DNA from: an uncultured delta proteobacterium
GTDB taxonomy: Bacteria; Desulfobacterota; Desulfobacteria; Desulfobacterales; SG8-13
Assembly: GCA_963825595.1 (NCBI GenBank)
Contig: CAWGUE010000026.1
Location: forward strand, 26,651 to 90,650
Direction of reading: 5' to 3'
Length of the DNA stretch: 64,000 bases
The position numbers and the translations under genes are program-made. Below the pieces are notes generated by a model. It saw only the letters and a program-made list of their open reading frames with translations. It was not told the DNA's origin and made no database searches. Positions 61,368 to 64,000 of this stretch are shown piece by piece; the first letter of the stretch is position 1; the number at the start of each line of letters is the position of its first letter.

Positions 61368-61706
61368 GCCGGCCTCCGTTCAGCCTAATAGGCTTTTGTG
61401 TGTATCTGCAGCTATATTTGCGCCCCCTGCCCGCCAGGGCCGGTTGGCCACTGCATGGGCCCGGGTTTTCACCAAAACAGATTGGGGGACAATTTATATT
61501 GGAATATTGAATAGTTGTCAAGCGGATCCCATCCATCCCCTGCCGTGCTCCATCGGGTCGGACCCCGACGCATCGTCCAATCAGGTTGGAAACCGGGACA
61601 TTCCTGTACCAAAACGATGTCCTCGACTGCCGGACGACCGGGGGAGCCGGTCGAGATCTGCCTGCGCCCCGTGGGTAAATGCCATCGATGCAGGGATACT
61701 AATTAG

Positions 61707-61894
61707 TGCCCATACGCGAGTCGTTAAAGGCATTACAGAGTGTCCGATTCATAAATGAGCATTTTTTTCGTTGGGCAAGGCCGCACAAAGGTTTGCGGCG
61801 AGGCGCACTTATCGTACGCCGCAGCCGGAAACCTGCGGATAATCCCGCCATAGGCGGGACCCAGCGGAAAAAATGGCTCATTTATGGATGGACA
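61707..61894 (+). mobile_element. MITE-like element, copy 3
   Basis: Same core and right end as 37405; perfect CTAATTAG direct repeats at 61699 and 61895. Confidence 0.88.
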
Positions 61895-62007
61895 CTAATT
61901 AGTATTGACACCCCCCCAAGAATTGTTAGTATGCAGCATCGTTTCAAGATAAATTCAATTTCCGTTCACACGCCCCCTGAAAGGGGGTTTTTTACAGTCC
62001 TGGTAAC

Positions 62008-63666
62008 ATGAGCTTCCAGCCGCCCGAAAATTCGCCCGTCAGCGATGGGTCGAATCCCAACGCACGACCCCATCCACCATTGGCCACACAACCGCCCATT
62101 TCCGCCCGCATCCGCCTTGGCCTGGCCGCCGGCAGCGGTCTTCTGCTCACGGGCGCGTTCCCGAATATCGATGTCGGCTGGTTGGCGTGGATCGCTATCG
62201 TGCCTTTATTGACAGCTGTTCGCAACGTCCACTGGAAAAGAGGTTTCGGACTCGGATTTCTGGCCGGCATGGTTCACTACCTCTCGTTGATTTACTGGGT
62301 GGCCTACACCATGCGAACCTACGGACACCTTCCCTGGCCGGTGTGCATTTCGATTTTGGTGCTGCTGGCCGCCTATCTTGCACTCTTCTTCGGCGCGCTG
62401 ACCGCCTTTGTCTGCATTCTGAAGCCGAAGCCGGCCGCCGCGCTCGTTGCGGTGCCTGTCACGTGGGTGGCACTGGAATATCTTCGCTCGTTCTTCCTGA
62501 GCGGATTTCCGTGGGAACTCCTCGGATACTCCCAGTACAAGGTGTTGCATCTCATTCAGATTTCAGATATTCTGGGTCCGTATGGCATTTCTTTTCTCAT
62601 CCTGTTCATCAACACGGCCCTTTTTTTTCTGCTGCTTCGCATCCTGAAACGCGACTGGCACGGTGACTGGATATCGGGACGGCTTGCGGCCGTCGCCGTT
62701 ACCATCGGGGTTTTTCTCACGGGTGCTGCCTGGTACTACGGAGACAGGCGCCTGGCGGATATAGACCAATTGAATCAAACCGCGCCGTCAATTCGGGCGG
62801 CTGTCGTCCAGGGTAACATTGAGCAGGCGCTCAAGTGGAATCCGGCTTTCCAGGAAGCCACGATCGACAAGTACTTGAAGTTGTCGCAAGGAGTCCGTGA
62901 CGTCCGGCCGGATCTCGTCGTGTGGCCGGAAACGGCACTGCCGTTCCATTTTTTGTATGATGTCCCCCTGACCGACAGGGTTCGGGGCGGCATCCGTCAG
63001 AACGGAACCTATTTTCTCGTCGGCAGCCCGTCTTTCGACCGGGGCGCACAACGGGTCGATTACTATAACAGTGCCTACTTGATCGACCCGCAGGGGAACG
63101 CCCTGGGAAAATACGACAAAACGCACCTGGTCCCTTTTGGTGAATACGTTCCCCTGAAAAAATGGCTGCCTTTCTTAGGGAAGTTGGTGGCTCAGGTCGG
63201 TGACTTCAGCCGGGGAAATACCGGCGACACCATTGCCTGGCATAACGGAAAACTGGCTGTGTTCATCTGCTATGAAGCGATTTTTCCGTATATCACGCGG
63301 GCCATGGTCGCAAACGGTGCAAACCTGCTCGTCAATATAACCAACGATGCCTGGTACGGACGCAGCAGCGCCCCGTATCAGCATTTTACCATCGCCCTTT
63401 TCAGGGCGGTTGAAAACAGGCGGGCCCTGATCCGTGCGGCCAACACCGGGATCAGCGGGTTCGTCGATCCGGCCGGCCGGATCCTCGATTCGACGGCCCT
63501 GTTCGTGGATGCGGCCGTTGTCCGCAACGTACCGCTGATCTCCCGGCTCTCTTTCTACACGCGCTTCGGAGATCTATTTGCAGGCGCATGCCTGGCGGCT
63601 TTCGCGTTCACTGCGTTGGGGCATCTGATCGCACGCTTCAAGAACAGGAAGAAAAAATCATCTTAA
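62008..63666 (+). CDS. lnt: Apolipoprotein N-acyltransferase
   Basis: GFPW..LGYSQ, QGNI, WPETA, K.HLVPFGEY, ICYE and NDAW. Confidence 0.95.
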   Translation: MSFQPPENSPVSDGSNPNARPHPPLATQPPISARIRLGLAAGSGLLLTGAFPNIDVGWLAWIAIVPLLTAVRNVHWKRGFGLGFLAGMVHYLSLIYWVAYTMRTYGHLPWPVCISILVLLAAYLALFFGALTAFVCILKPKPAAALVAVPVTWVALEYLRSFFLSGFPWELLGYSQYKVLHLIQISDILGPYGISFLILFINTALFFLLLRILKRDWHGDWISGRLAAVAVTIGVFLTGAAWYYGDRRLADIDQLNQTAPSIRAAVVQGNIEQALKWNPAFQEATIDKYLKLSQGVRDVRPDLVVWPETALPFHFLYDVPLTDRVRGGIRQNGTYFLVGSPSFDRGAQRVDYYNSAYLIDPQGNALGKYDKTHLVPFGEYVPLKKWLPFLGKLVAQVGDFSRGNTGDTIAWHNGKLAVFICYEAIFPYITRAMVANGANLLVNITNDAWYGRSSAPYQHFTIALFRAVENRRALIRAANTGISGFVDPAGRILDSTALFVDAAVVRNVPLISRLSFYTRFGDLFAGACLAAFAFTALGHLIARFKNRKKKSS

Positions 63667-63691
63667 TCTTTGTTTGGGGAGGAACGTCACC

Positions 63692-64000
63692 ATGTCAGTC
63701 GAACTGAAACAAAAAGTAAAAGAACTCGGCCAGAAACTCGAACAACTGCGAGGTTATCTTTGACCTGGCGGCCAAAGAAAACCGTTTGCAGGAAATCGAA
63801 AAACAGATTGCAAAAGATGGCTTCTGGGACAATCCGGAGGAAACCAAAGGCATCTTGAAGGAACGGACGAAATTGTCCAATCAGGTGGAGCGGTTCAGTA
63901 ATTTAACCGTAAAACTGGAAGAAAGCGACATCCTGATCGATCTGGCGCAGGAGGAGTCCGATACCAGAACCCTCGAAGAAGCCTCCCGTCTGCTCGGATC
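63692..64000 (+). CDS. prfB: Peptide chain release factor 2 (5' part) with programmed +1 frameshift
   Basis: MSVELK...LRGYL then GAGGT-TAT-CTT-TGA-C at 63750-63764; +1 frame DLAAKENRLQEIE...FWDNP. Confidence 0.95.

Overview
GC-rich chromosomal window, most likely from an anaerobic deltaproteobacterium (Desulfobacterota/Desulfobacterales-like; inferred from gene content and repeat style). It holds about 55 mostly housekeeping or accessory genes: an iscU/iscS-like pair, cereblon-like protein, BMP-type nucleoside ABC operon with gpt and a VUT transporter, a Cache histidine kinase/sigma54 activator pair with an OFA-family MFS gene, mrcB-TPR lipoprotein-hslO, two ExeA-like ATPases, a YdbH/YnbE-YdbL-like locus, surE, lnt and the 5' end of prfB with its programmed frameshift. 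No rRNA, tRNA, CRISPR array, transposase or prophage was recognised. The main unexplained signals are: (1) two minus-strand intergenic units with the same architecture (paired TGAC-N7/8-GTCA boxes 22 bp apart, a sigma54-type promoter about 100 bp downstream, a structured transcript ending in an anti-Shine-Dalgarno UCCUCCUUU tract and a terminator), i.e. a candidate co-regulated sRNA family; (2) an IscS homologue lacking the PLP lysine and substrate-binding arginine but keeping the loop cysteine, paired with an IscU carrying a zinc-ribbon tail; (3) a MITE-like repeat family with 8-bp target duplications. Three genes are split by apparent single-base insertions, probably sequence errors. All protein calls come from motif recognition by eye, without database searches.
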